Positions 9,801-20,451 of a stretch of DNA of 37,288 bases are shown piece after piece. Position numbers and translations under genes: made by a program. Source of the stretch: Hyphomicrobiales bacterium (GTDB taxonomy: Bacteria > Pseudomonadota > Alphaproteobacteria > Micropepsales > Micropepsaceae); assembly GCA_017849395.1 (NCBI GenBank), contig JAFIHO010000192.1:1-37288 (forward strand). Reading direction: 5' to 3'. The notes under the pieces were generated by a model. That model was not told where the DNA came from. It did no database searches and saw only the letters and a list, made by a program, of their open reading frames with translations. Every line of letters starts with the position of its first letter. Position 1 is the stretch's first letter.

Positions 9801-10769
9801 ATGTTTATTCGCCGCCGCGTACCGGAAGCCGGACCACTCAAGGCTGCCGTCATCGGTGTCGGCGCCTTTGGCCGCCATCATGCCACCAAATATCAGGCGA
9901 TGAACGGCGTCGAACTGTTCGCGATCGCCGACCCGAACGCCGAAGTGCGCCTCAAGGCGTCCGCCGGTTACGGCGTGCCCGGCGTCGCCGACTGGCGCGA
10001 CCTTCTGGGCAAGGTCGATCTGGTCAGCGTCTGCTCGCCCGCCATTACCCATGCCGCCATCGTGCGCGCCTTCCTGAATGCCGGCGCGCATGTGCTGGTC
10101 GAAAAGCCCCTGGCCACCACGGCCGAAGAGGCTGACGACCTGGCCGCCCTCGCCCAGGCCACGGGCCGCACCCTGACCGTCGGCCATCAGGAGCGTTTCG
10201 TGTTCGCCCGCACCGGCCTGCTCGACCTGGCCGAGACGCCGCTGGAAGTCAGTTGCTGGCGTCACGGTCCCTGGACCGGCCGCGGCGATGATGTCAGCGC
10301 CGTACTGGACCTGATGATCCACGACCTGGATCTGGTACATGCGCTGGTTCCCGGCGCGGTTTCCGCCGTGGATGCGGACGGCATCGTGCAATATGGCCCC
10401 CACGCCGATCAGGTGACGGCGGTCCTCAGCTTCGCCAACGGCACCGTCGCCCGCCTGGACACCAGCCGCATCGCGCGCGAACGCCGCCGCGGCATGCGCG
10501 CCGTCTATGCCGATGGCGTGGTGGAGATCGACTTCCTGACCCGCAAGGTCACCAACACCACCCCGCGCCCGCTGGGCGTGCTGGAGATGGGCGACCCGCT
10601 GGGTGAATCCGTGGCCGGTTTCGTCGCGGCAGCCCAGGATGGCGCCGCGCCCATGGTCACCGCCGAACAGGCGGCCCAGGCGGTCAAGACCGCGCTCCTG
10701 ATCGAGGAAGCGGCAGGCGTGAACGTCCCCCTGCCGGTGGCCGAACGCCGCCTCGCCGTCGCCAACTAA
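9801..10769 (+). CDS. Gfo/Idh/MocA family oxidoreductase (GnnA-like motifs)
   Basis: AVIGVGAFGRHH Rossmann fold, HVLVEKPLA, VGHQERF, DVSAVLDLMIHDLD. Confidence 0.9.
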   Translation: MFIRRRVPEAGPLKAAVIGVGAFGRHHATKYQAMNGVELFAIADPNAEVRLKASAGYGVPGVADWRDLLGKVDLVSVCSPAITHAAIVRAFLNAGAHVLVEKPLATTAEEADDLAALAQATGRTLTVGHQERFVFARTGLLDLAETPLEVSCWRHGPWTGRGDDVSAVLDLMIHDLDLVHALVPGAVSAVDADGIVQYGPHADQVTAVLSFANGTVARLDTSRIARERRRGMRAVYADGVVEIDFLTRKVTNTTPRPLGVLEMGDPLGESVAGFVAAAQDGAAPMVTAEQAAQAVKTALLIEEAAGVNVPLPVAERRLAVAN

Positions 10770-10774
10770 AAAAG

Positions 10775-10874
10775 TCACCCTCCCCTTGAGGGGTCCGGTA
10801 GCGACCGCGTACCGGACGCGGCGCGAAGCGCCGCCGGGGGTCGAAATTTGCGAAGCAAATTTCGGGGCGGGGTC
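10775..10874 (+). repeat. REP-like palindromic intergenic element (family A, expanded copy)
   Basis: TCACCCTCCCCTTGAGGG...GGGTCGAAA[hairpin]TTTCGGGGCGGGGTC. Same ends as the copy at 12613-12668, plus about 44 nt of extra hairpins. Confidence 0.8.
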
Positions 10875-10935
10875 CCGCGCGGCACGCGCGGGCAGGCCGC
10901 TATATCCCGCGCAGCGAATGTTCTAAACCCTCTCC

Positions 10936-12591
10936 ATGACCGACCGCTTCCGCATCGCGCTGGCCCAGCTCAATCCGGTGATGGGCGACATCGCGGGCAA
11001 TCTCGCGCGCGCCCGGCAAGCCCGTGCCCAGGTGTCCGATGCCGACCTGATCCTGTTCCCGGAACTCTTCATCACCGGCTATCCGCCGGAAGACTTGGTG
11101 CTGAAACCCGCGCTTCAGGATGACGCTCGCGCCGCCATCGAAGCCCTGGCCCCCGACACCGCATCCGGTCCCGCCATCCTGATCGGCGCGCCCTGGATGG
11201 AAGGCGGCAAGCTCTACAACGCCGTGCTGCTGCTGGATGGCGGCCGCATCGCCGCGCGCAGCTTCAAGCACGACCTGCCCAATTACGGCGTGTTCGACGA
11301 GAAGCGCGTTTTCACGCCCGGCCCCATGCCCGGCCCCCTCAACATTCGCGGCCTGCGCATCGGCGTGCCGGTGTGCGAGGACATCTGGACCGACGCCGTC
11401 ACCGAATGTCTTGTCGAAACAGGCGCGGAAATCATCGCCGTGCCCAACGGCTCGCCCTTCGAGGCGGGCAAGGAGGATGTGCGCCTCCAGCTCGCCGCCG
11501 CGCGCGTGACGGAGACAGGCTTGCCGCTGATCTATCTCAACCAGCTTGGCGGCCAGGACGAACTGGTGTTCGACGGCGCGAGTTTCGTGCTCAACGCCGA
11601 CCGCTCCATGCCCGTGTCGCTGCCGGGCTGGAAGGAAGACATCGTCGTCACCGACTGGTCGCGCGGCGCGGACGGCAAATGGTCCTGCGCCCCCGGCCCG
11701 CGCGCCCCGGAAGAGGAACGCGCCTCCCAGGTCTACAACGCGATGATGCTGGGCCTGCGCGACTATGTGAACAAGAACCGTTTCCCCGGCGTGGTGCTTG
11801 GCCTTTCTGGCGGCATCGACAGCGCGCTATCGGCGGCGGTGGCGGTGGATGCGCTGGGCGCGTCCCGCGTGCGCTGCGTGATGCTGCCCTCGCGCTACAC
11901 CAGTTGCGACAGCCTGGAAGATGCCGACCAGTGCGCGCGCCTGCTGGGCACGCCCTATGAAACCATCGAGATCGAACGCGCCGTCGCCGCGATGGGCGAA
12001 ACATTGTCGCCCGTCTTTGCGGGCCGCAATGCCGACACCACGGAAGAGAATATCCAGTCCCGCCTGCGCGGCGTGATCCTGATGGCGATCTCCAACAAGT
12101 TCGGCCCGATGGTGCTCACCACCGGCAACAAGAGCGAGATGAGCGTCGGCTATGCCACCCTTTATGGCGACATGTGCGGCGGCTATAATGTGCTGAAGGA
12201 CATCTACAAGACCGAGGTCTTCGCCCTCTCGCGCTGGCGCAATCAGTTTTCGCCCGACGGCGCGCTGGGTCCGCAGGGCATGGTCATCCCCGAACGCATC
12301 ATCGAAAAGCCGCCCACGGCGGAGTTGCGCGCCAACCAGACCGACCAGGATTCCCTGCCGCCCTACGACATTCTCGACGGCATCCTCACCTGCCTGGTCG
12401 AACAGGAAATGCGCTTCGAAGATGTGACCGCGCGCGGCTACGACCCCGCCACGGTCAAGCGCGTCGAACAGTTGCTCTACATCTCCGAATACAAGCGCCG
12501 CCAGGCGCCGCCCGGCGTGAAGATCAGCCCCCGCAACTTCGGCCGCGACCGGCGGTATCCGATAACGAACGCATTCCGTGATGCTCGATAA
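10936..12591 (+). CDS. nadE: Glutamine-dependent NAD+ synthetase
   Basis: N-terminal nitrilase-like domain (FPEL, LPNYGVFDEKR, VCEDIW) plus synthetase domain (LSGGIDSA, ENIQSRLRG, TGNKSE, GYATLYGD, PTAELR, EYKRRQAPPG). Confidence 0.97.
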   Translation: MTDRFRIALAQLNPVMGDIAGNLARARQARAQVSDADLILFPELFITGYPPEDLVLKPALQDDARAAIEALAPDTASGPAILIGAPWMEGGKLYNAVLLLDGGRIAARSFKHDLPNYGVFDEKRVFTPGPMPGPLNIRGLRIGVPVCEDIWTDAVTECLVETGAEIIAVPNGSPFEAGKEDVRLQLAAARVTETGLPLIYLNQLGGQDELVFDGASFVLNADRSMPVSLPGWKEDIVVTDWSRGADGKWSCAPGPRAPEEERASQVYNAMMLGLRDYVNKNRFPGVVLGLSGGIDSALSAAVAVDALGASRVRCVMLPSRYTSCDSLEDADQCARLLGTPYETIEIERAVAAMGETLSPVFAGRNADTTEENIQSRLRGVILMAISNKFGPMVLTTGNKSEMSVGYATLYGDMCGGYNVLKDIYKTEVFALSRWRNQFSPDGALGPQGMVIPERIIEKPPTAELRANQTDQDSLPPYDILDGILTCLVEQEMRFEDVTARGYDPATVKRVEQLLYISEYKRRQAPPGVKISPRNFGRDRRYPITNAFRDAR

Positions 12592-12612
12592 GTTCAAGGC
12601 ATGGCTGACTTC

Positions 12613-12668
12613 TCACCCTCCCCTTGAGGGAGGGTCGAAAAACGCGCAGCGTTTTTCGGGGCGGGGTC
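12613..12668 (+). repeat. REP-like palindromic intergenic element (family A, minimal copy)
   Basis: TCACCCTCCCCTTGAGGGAGGGTCGAAAAACGCGCAGCGTTTTTCGGGGCGGGGTC; two hairpins. Confidence 0.8.
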
Positions 12669-12699
12669 GCGCACGAAGTGCGTGCAAAGCGATAAACAC

Positions 12700-14052
12700 A
12701 TGACCATCACCGTCCGCGTCGCCCCATCCCCCACCGGCTATCTCCATATCGGCAACGGCCGCGCCGCCATGCTGAACTACCTGTTTGCACGCAAGAGCGG
12801 TGGCAAGTTCATGCTGCGCATCGACGACACGGACGACACGCGCAGCAAGCCGGAATATGAAACCGCTATCATCGAAGACCTGGCCTGGCTGGGCCTGACC
12901 CACGACATTTTCGCGCGCCAGTCCGAACGCGCCGCGCGCCACAATGAGGCAGCCGAAAAACTCAAAGCCTCCGCCCGCCTCTATCCTTGTTACGAAACCG
13001 CCGCCGAACTCGACCGCCGCCGCAAGCGCCAGATGGCGATAGGCAAGCCGCCCATCTATGACCGCGCGGCGCTGAAGCTCACGCCCGAACAGCGCGCCGC
13101 CTATGAAGCCGAAGGCCGCAAGCCGCATTGGCGCTTCAAACTCTCCCACGAAAAAGTCACCTGGACCGACCTGATCCGCGGCCCGGTCGAGATCGACACC
13201 GCCACCCTGTCCGATCCCGTCCTGATCCGCGAGGATGGCCGCTTCCTTTACACGCTGCCCTCGGTGATCGACGATATCGACTTCGCCATCACCCACATCA
13301 TGCGGGGCGAAGATCATGTCACCAACACCGCCCCCCAGATCGAAATCTTCGACGCGATGGGCGCCCCGCGCCCGCACTTCGCGCATTACGCGCTGTTCCA
13401 GACCTCGGGCGGCGAGATGTTGTCCAAGCGCAGCGGCGCGCTCTCGCTGCGCGAATTGCGCGACGACGGGATCGAGGCGCTGACGCTGGCCGCCTATCTC
13501 GCGAAAGTCGGCACCTCCGACGCCATCGAACCCGCGTCGCTCGATGATCTGGCGCGCGATTTCGCGTTCGAGAAAATGGGCCGGGCACTCGCGCATTTCG
13601 ATCCCGCCGAACTGGCGGCGCTGAATGCAAAAGTGCTGCACCAGATGTCTTATGAATCCGCCGCGCCGCGTCTGGCCGCGCTGGGCGTACTGGAAAAGCT
13701 CGATGCCGCGCAGGGCCAGGCCTTCTGGGATGCGGTGAAACCCAACCTGACCCGCCTGTCCGATGCCGCGGACCTGGCGCGCCTCGTCACCGGCCCGCTC
13801 ACGCCCGTGATCGAAGACGCCGCGCTCACCACGGCCGCCGCCGCGCTGCTGCCGCCCGAACCCTGGGATGAAGCCACCTGGCCCGCCTGGACCAAGGCCG
13901 TCGCCGCCGACACCGGCGCAAAGGGCAGGGCGCTTTACCACCCGTTAAGACTGGCGCTCACGGGTCGGGGCGATGGACCCGAACTGAAAAAGCTGCTACC
14001 CCTCATCGGGCGCGCCAAAACCCTGGCGCGGCTGGAAGGAACGCCTGCGTGA
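12700..14052 (+). CDS. gltX: Glutamate--tRNA ligase (the alphaproteobacterial gltX paralog typically linked to cysS)
   Basis: RVAPSPTGYLHIGN (HIGH), LRIDDTD, RGEDHVTNT, MLSKR (KMSKS-like), PLRLALTG..GPEL. ATG at 12700 preferred over GTG at 12682. Confidence 0.93.
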   Translation: MTITVRVAPSPTGYLHIGNGRAAMLNYLFARKSGGKFMLRIDDTDDTRSKPEYETAIIEDLAWLGLTHDIFARQSERAARHNEAAEKLKASARLYPCYETAAELDRRRKRQMAIGKPPIYDRAALKLTPEQRAAYEAEGRKPHWRFKLSHEKVTWTDLIRGPVEIDTATLSDPVLIREDGRFLYTLPSVIDDIDFAITHIMRGEDHVTNTAPQIEIFDAMGAPRPHFAHYALFQTSGGEMLSKRSGALSLRELRDDGIEALTLAAYLAKVGTSDAIEPASLDDLARDFAFEKMGRALAHFDPAELAALNAKVLHQMSYESAAPRLAALGVLEKLDAAQGQAFWDAVKPNLTRLSDAADLARLVTGPLTPVIEDAALTTAAAALLPPEPWDEATWPAWTKAVAADTGAKGRALYHPLRLALTGRGDGPELKKLLPLIGRAKTLARLEGTPA

Positions 14053-14156
14053 CCGCTTCGCGTCACATCTGCATCCGAATTTGTGGCTGACGCCACACCC
14101 TTCCGCTTGCCCGCCCTCCATTTCGAACTCTTCACTCGCAGCCTTCGCGCTGCATT

Positions 14157-14194
14157 CCCTCGCCCCCTTCGGGGGAGAGGATAGGGTGAGGGGG
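14157..14194 (+). repeat. REP-like palindromic intergenic element (family B, minimal copy)
   Basis: CCCTCGCCCCCTTCGGGGGAGAGGATAGGGTGAGGGGG; same ends as 15644-15708. Confidence 0.75.
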
Positions 14195-14220
14195 AGCCAC
14201 AAACGCGATAGAAGCCACTT

Positions 14221-15630
<1,410 letters not shown>

Positions 15631-15643
15631 CCGCGCAGCTTTA

Positions 15644-15708
15644 CCCCTCGCCCCCGAAGGGGGAGAGGGTGGCGCGCCGCGCCTCGCGCGGCGCGACGGG
15701 TGAGGGGG
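15644..15708 (+). repeat. REP-like palindromic intergenic element (family B, with internal hairpin)
   Basis: CCCCTCGCCCCCGAAGGGGGAGAGGGTGG[CGCGCCGCGC-ctc-GCGCGGCGCG]ACGGGTGAGGGGG. Confidence 0.75.
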
Positions 15709-15755
15709 TCTATCCACACTCCCCATCCCCCACCCGCGCGTGCTACAGCCGCGCG

Positions 15756-16103
15756 ATGGTCGATCCGTATGCCCATCTCCCGGAAATGCTGCGCACCGCC
15801 GCCCGGCGCCTGCCGCGTCGCGCGCGAAAGATGGGCGGGAAGGGGGGCACCCCCGCTTTCCCGCAAAACAATTTTATTGCCGAAGCGCCGAAAAACCCAA
15901 TCGGAGCAAGGCCCGGCAACCGCAATGCCGTGACCCACGGCCACCACACGGTGGATAGCCGCGCCCGCCGCGCCGCCATAAAATCCCTGTGCGAATGCGC
16001 GACCGCCCTCAGCGATGCGGTGGCCGCCCTGCAGCAGATGGGCATGAACGCAAGCGACCATGGCGCGCTGCTGGCCCTGCTGGCGGATGACCATGATGGC
16101 TGA
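15756..16103 (+). CDS. Small hypothetical protein with a GARPGNRNAVTHG motif
   Basis: ATG at 15756 lies downstream of the REP element, so the longer 15627 start would translate the repeat. The motif resembles GAxxGNxNAxxHG. The stop overlaps the cimA start. Confidence 0.6.
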   Translation: MVDPYAHLPEMLRTAARRLPRRARKMGGKGGTPAFPQNNFIAEAPKNPIGARPGNRNAVTHGHHTVDSRARRAAIKSLCECATALSDAVAALQQMGMNASDHGALLALLADDHDG

Positions 16104-17715
16104 GCCGCTTCCCCCGCACGGCGCGCGCGAACGCCTCTATCTCTTCGACACCACCCTGCGCGACGGCGCGCAGACGCAAGGCGTCGATTTCTCGGTGGAG
16201 GACAAGCGCCAGATCGCACTCGCCCTCGACAGTCTCGGCCTGGATTACATCGAAGGCGGCTGGCCCGGCGCCAACCCCACCGACACGGCGTTCTTCTCCG
16301 AACCCCCGCCACTGAAACATGCGCGTTTCACCGCTTTCGGCATGACCAAGCGTTCGGGCCGCAGCGCCGCCAACGACCCGGCGCTGGCACAGGTGCTGGA
16401 TGCAAGGACCGACGCGGTATGCCTGGTCGGCAAAAGCTGGGATTTCCAGGTCGATGTCGCCCTCGAAATCCCGCGCGAGGAGAATATCGACAATATCGCC
16501 CGCTCCATCGAAGCGGTGGCGGCAAAGAAACGCGAGCCCCTGTTCGACGCCGAACATTTCTTCGACGGCTACAAATCCAATCCCGATTACGCGCTGGCCT
16601 GCATCCGCGCCGCCTACGAAGCGGGCGCGCGCTGGATCGTGCTGTGCGACACCAATGGCGGCACCATGCCGGACGAGGTGTATGAAATCGTCAGTGCGGT
16701 GAAGGCGAAATTGCCGGATGCCCCGCTTGGCATCCACGCCCATGACGATACCGGCCAGGCGGTCGCCGTGTCGCTGGCGGCGGTGGATGCGGGCGCGCGC
16801 CAGATTCAGGGCACCCTGAACGGGTTGGGCGAACGCTGCGGCAACGCCAATCTGTGCACCCTGATCCCGAACCTGATGCTGAAGGATCAGTTCGCATCGC
16901 GTTTCGAAACCGGCATCACCACCGCCAATCTCGCGCGCCTCACATCCATCTCGCGCCTGCTGGATGAAATCCTCAACCGTGCGCCCGACCGGCACGCGCC
17001 TTATGTCGGCCCCTCGGCCTTCGCGCACAAGGGCGGACTCCATTCTTCCGCCGTGGCCAAGAACCCGCGCACCTACGAACATGTGCCGCCCGAAACCGTG
17101 GGCAACGCGCGCAAGATTCCGGTCTCCGATCAGGCAGGCCGTTCCAATGTTCTGGCGCGTCTGGCCGAAGCGGGCATCGACCTGGACGCAAAGGACGCGC
17201 GCGTTTCGCGCCTGCTGGAAGAGATCAAGCAGCGCGAGTTCCTGGGCTATGCCTATGACGGCGCCGAAGCCTCATTCGAACTGTTGGCCCGCCGCGCGCT
17301 CGGCGAGGTGCCGGACTATTTCACGGTGGAGAGTTTCCGCGTCAGCGTGGATCGCCGCCGCAACAATGGCGGTTTCGTCACCGTGTCCGAAGGCGTGGTA
17401 CAGATCGATGTCGCGGGCGAAATCCTGCACAATGTCGCGACCGGCAACGGCCCGGTCAACGCACTGGACGCGGCGCTGCGCAAGGACCTCGGCAAATATT
17501 CCGCGTTCCTCGCGGATCTGCGCCTGGTGGATTACAAGGTGCGCATCCTCACCAGCGGCACCGAAGCCGTCACCCGCGTCATGGTCGAAAGCGCCGACGG
17601 CAAGGGCAACCGCTGGTCCACGGTCGGCGTGTCGGCAAATATCGTGGACGCCTCCTTCGAAGCGCTGACCGACTCCATCACCTACAAACTGTACCGCGAT
17701 GGCGCGCGGGCGTGA
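16096..17715 (+). CDS. cimA: Citramalate synthase (LeuA/CimA family)
   Basis: FDTTLRDGAQ, IEGGWPGANP, FDAEHFFDGY, LCDTNGG, GIHAHDD, GLGERCGNANL, AFAHKGGLH, GNGPVNALD, LVDYKVRIL. Start 16093 or 16096. Confidence 0.93.
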   Translation: MAEPLPPHGARERLYLFDTTLRDGAQTQGVDFSVEDKRQIALALDSLGLDYIEGGWPGANPTDTAFFSEPPPLKHARFTAFGMTKRSGRSAANDPALAQVLDARTDAVCLVGKSWDFQVDVALEIPREENIDNIARSIEAVAAKKREPLFDAEHFFDGYKSNPDYALACIRAAYEAGARWIVLCDTNGGTMPDEVYEIVSAVKAKLPDAPLGIHAHDDTGQAVAVSLAAVDAGARQIQGTLNGLGERCGNANLCTLIPNLMLKDQFASRFETGITTANLARLTSISRLLDEILNRAPDRHAPYVGPSAFAHKGGLHSSAVAKNPRTYEHVPPETVGNARKIPVSDQAGRSNVLARLAEAGIDLDAKDARVSRLLEEIKQREFLGYAYDGAEASFELLARRALGEVPDYFTVESFRVSVDRRRNNGGFVTVSEGVVQIDVAGEILHNVATGNGPVNALDAALRKDLGKYSAFLADLRLVDYKVRILTSGTEAVTRVMVESADGKGNRWSTVGVSANIVDASFEALTDSITYKLYRDGARA

Positions 17716-17728
17716 TTTTCTTATATTT

Positions 17729-17803
17729 CCCCCATCTGTCCGCTACGCGCTCTCGCGCAGCGGACATCTTCCCCCGCCAATGGCTTCGCCATGCGGGGGA
17801 AGA
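17729..17803 (-). repeat. REP-like palindromic element between convergent cimA and LOG genes
   Basis: Minus strand reads TCTTCCCCCGC...GCGGGGGAAGA, then TGTCCGCTGCGCG-aga-GCGCGTAGCGGACA, then GATGGGGG. Same hairpin1-hairpin2-G-tail architecture as families A and B. Confidence 0.7.
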
Positions 17804-17818
17804 AAGCCGGTGCCTGGG

Positions 17819-18388
17819 TCAAGCTTGCGCCGGAACTTCGAGCGCCTCGCGCAGCGCCAGCAGCGCCGCTTCGGGGCCGTCCGCCAGATGGTAAAGCTCC
17901 AGGATCATCGGCTTGGCGAAGCCCTTTTCCACCGTGGCGCGAAGCATCGTGTCCAGCGCGTCGAAATAGCCTTCGACATTGACCACGATGATGGGTTTGC
18001 GATGCACGCCAAGCTGCGCCTCGGTCGCAACCTCGAAAAATTCGTCGAACGTGCCAAGCCCGCCGGGCAGCACCAGGAACGCATCCGACATCTGCAGCAT
18101 CAGCGTCTTGCGCTCCTGCATATGCGGCGTGATGATGAGTTGTTCCTCCGCCGTCAGCCCTTCCAGCGCCTGCAGGAACGCGGGAATGATCCCTTGCACC
18201 TTCGCGCCGCCCTGTGCCGCCGCCGACGCCACGATGCCCATCAGCCCGTTGCTGCCGCCGCCGAACACCATCGAAAATCCGCCCGCGGCGATTCCCGCGC
18301 CAATGTCGCGAGCGACCTCGCGGAACCTGGGGCTGTAACCCAGGGACGAGCCGCAAAAAACACAGATGGCAGGCGTTTTCTTTTCCAT
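17819..18388 (-). CDS. LOG family (TIGR00730-type) nucleotide 5'-monophosphate nucleosidase / cytokinin riboside phosphoribohydrolase
   Basis: ICVFCGSS, VFGGGSNGLMG, GIIP, MQERK, LPGGLGTFDEFFE, HRKPI, GYFD. True start is MEKKTP at 18388; the upstream part of the listed 489-aa ORF is antisense to the ABC gene. Confidence 0.92.
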   Translation of the reverse strand: MEKKTPAICVFCGSSLGYSPRFREVARDIGAGIAAGGFSMVFGGGSNGLMGIVASAAAQGGAKVQGIIPAFLQALEGLTAEEQLIITPHMQERKTLMLQMSDAFLVLPGGLGTFDEFFEVATEAQLGVHRKPIIVVNVEGYFDALDTMLRATVEKGFAKPMILELYHLADGPEAALLALREALEVPAQA

Positions 18389-18574
18389 GGCGTCATTGGG
18401 GTTGCGTGACAGCATTCCAATTCCTAAACAGGTTTGCCGTAGCTGCCAACGGAGAAAAGATTGCCGCGCTGGTTGATCATATTGGGGGCGGTTTCCCTCG
18501 TTGCCCTCATCGCGGGTTTTATCACCTTCGGCGGCGGCAATATGGGGCACTGAGTCATTTTTAAGGAATAATGC

Positions 18575-20440
18575 ATGGCGCATCCGGTCGAAGAAGGTGA
18601 TGCCGCCCCGTCTTTCCGCCCATTGTGGCGGTTGATGCCCTATTTGTGGCCGAAGGGCCGCCCCGATCTGCGGCTGCGGGTGGCCGTGTCGGTGATATTC
18701 CTCATTCTCGCAACCGGATTCACCAGCATCTCGCCGCTCTTCTATGGCTGGGCGGTCGATCAGCTTCGCCCCACGCCCGCCAACATCGCGCTGGGCACGG
18801 TTCTGTCGCTGGTGGCGGCCTATGTCGTGTCGCGCATATTGATGCAGGCCTTCGCGCAACTGCGCGACGGCGTGTTCGCCCAGGTCCAGTATCACGCCAT
18901 GCGCGAAGTGGCGGTTGAAACCTTCGCCCATGTCCACACCCTGTCCCTGCGCTTCCATCTGGAGCGCAAGACCGGCGGCCTCTCCCGCGTGATCGAGCGC
19001 GGCACAAAGGGCATCGACACCATCCTGTCCTTCGCGCTGTTCTCGATCTTTCCAACCATCCTGCTGCTGGTGTTCTACACCGCCATCCTGCTGGTGACGC
19101 TGAACATCTGGGTGGCGCTCAGCACGGTGGTGATGGTGATCGCCTATGTCTGGTTCACCTTCGCCATCACCCGCTGGCGCATCCGCTTCCGGCGCGAGAT
19201 GAACCAGAGCGACACCGACGCCAATACCAAGGCGGTGGACAGTCTGCTGAATTTCGAGACGGTAAAATATTTCAACAACGAGACGCATGAGACACGCCGC
19301 TTCGACGTATCGATGGAGAAATATTCCAAGGCTTCCATCCAGTCGCAGATATCCCTGTCGGTGCTCAACACGGGCCAGGCCGTCATCATGTCTCTGGGCA
19401 TCGGCGCGGTGATGGCGCTGACCGCCATCGGCATCGCCAACGGCCAGTTCTCCATCGGCCTGTTCGTGGCGGGCAACGCGATCCTGGTGCAGCTTTACCA
19501 GCCATTGAATCTCCTGGGCACCGTCTATCGCGAGATCACGCAGGGTCTGGTGGACATGGAGGCGATGTTCCGCCTGCTCAACCAGCCGCGCGAAGTGAAG
19601 GACAAGCCGGACGCCAAACCGCTTCAGGTCGCGGGCGGTGAAATCCGCTTCGAGAATGTGGTGTTCGCCTACGATCCCGAACGCACCGTGCTGAAAGGGA
19701 TCAGTTTCACGGTGCCGGCCGGAAAGACGGTGGCGGTGGTCGGTCCCTCCGGCGCGGGAAAGTCCACCATCAGCCGCATCCTCTACCGCTTCTACGATAT
19801 CAAAAGCGGGCGCGTGACCATTGACGGGCAGGATATTCGCGACGTGACCCAGGCGTCCCTGCGCGCCGTGATCGGCATCGTTCCCCAGGACACAGTGCTG
19901 TTCAACGACACGGTGCGCTACAACATCGCCTATGGCCGCATCGGCGCCAATGAGGCGGAGATCAAGGACGCCGCGCGGCTGGCCCAGATCGACAAATTCA
20001 TCGTCGATCTACCCCTCGGCTATGAATCGATGGTGGGCGAACGGGGCCTCAAACTGTCGGGCGGCGAAAAACAGCGCGTCGCCATTGCCCGCACCATCCT
20101 GAAAAACCCGCCGATCCTGCTGCTGGACGAAGCGACCAGCGCGCTCGACACCGGAACCGAACGCGAAATCCAGGGCGCGTTGAGCGAAGTCAGCCAGGGC
20201 CGGACCACGCTGGTCATCGCGCACCGTCTTTCAACCGTGATCGACGCCGACGAAATCCTGGTGCTGGACCGCGGCGAGATCATCGAACGCGGCCGTCACT
20301 CCCAGCTGCTGGAGTTGGGCGGCCATTACGCCGCGATGTGGAACAAGCAGCGCGAGGCCGCCGCCGCCCGCGAGAAGCTGAAGGAAGTCGAGAACGATCC
20401 GGATGTGGAACCCGGCGTCGCAAAGGCGGCGCCGGTATGA
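18575..20440 (+). CDS. atm1: Atm1/HmtA-type ABCB half transporter (permease + ATPase)
   Basis: LSLRFHLERKTGGLSRVIERG, DSLLNFETVKYF, Walker A GPSGAGKST, LSGGEKQR, LLLDEATSALD, IAHRLST. Confidence 0.92.
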   Translation: MAHPVEEGDAAPSFRPLWRLMPYLWPKGRPDLRLRVAVSVIFLILATGFTSISPLFYGWAVDQLRPTPANIALGTVLSLVAAYVVSRILMQAFAQLRDGVFAQVQYHAMREVAVETFAHVHTLSLRFHLERKTGGLSRVIERGTKGIDTILSFALFSIFPTILLLVFYTAILLVTLNIWVALSTVVMVIAYVWFTFAITRWRIRFRREMNQSDTDANTKAVDSLLNFETVKYFNNETHETRRFDVSMEKYSKASIQSQISLSVLNTGQAVIMSLGIGAVMALTAIGIANGQFSIGLFVAGNAILVQLYQPLNLLGTVYREITQGLVDMEAMFRLLNQPREVKDKPDAKPLQVAGGEIRFENVVFAYDPERTVLKGISFTVPAGKTVAVVGPSGAGKSTISRILYRFYDIKSGRVTIDGQDIRDVTQASLRAVIGIVPQDTVLFNDTVRYNIAYGRIGANEAEIKDAARLAQIDKFIVDLPLGYESMVGERGLKLSGGEKQRVAIARTILKNPPILLLDEATSALDTGTEREIQGALSEVSQGRTTLVIAHRLSTVIDADEILVLDRGEIIERGRHSQLLELGGHYAAMWNKQREAAAAREKLKEVENDPDVEPGVAKAAPV

Positions 20441-20451
20441 CCAGCGTTCGG

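Noticed and set aside
14053-14156. Possible gene remnant between gltX and the REP element
   Set aside because: Translations in the frames I checked gave no recognisable motif; too short to support a call.
18389-19288. LOG protein as a 489-aa fusion
   Set aside because: The extension is antisense to atm1 and the intergenic region; LOG homology starts at MEKKTPAICVFCGSS.
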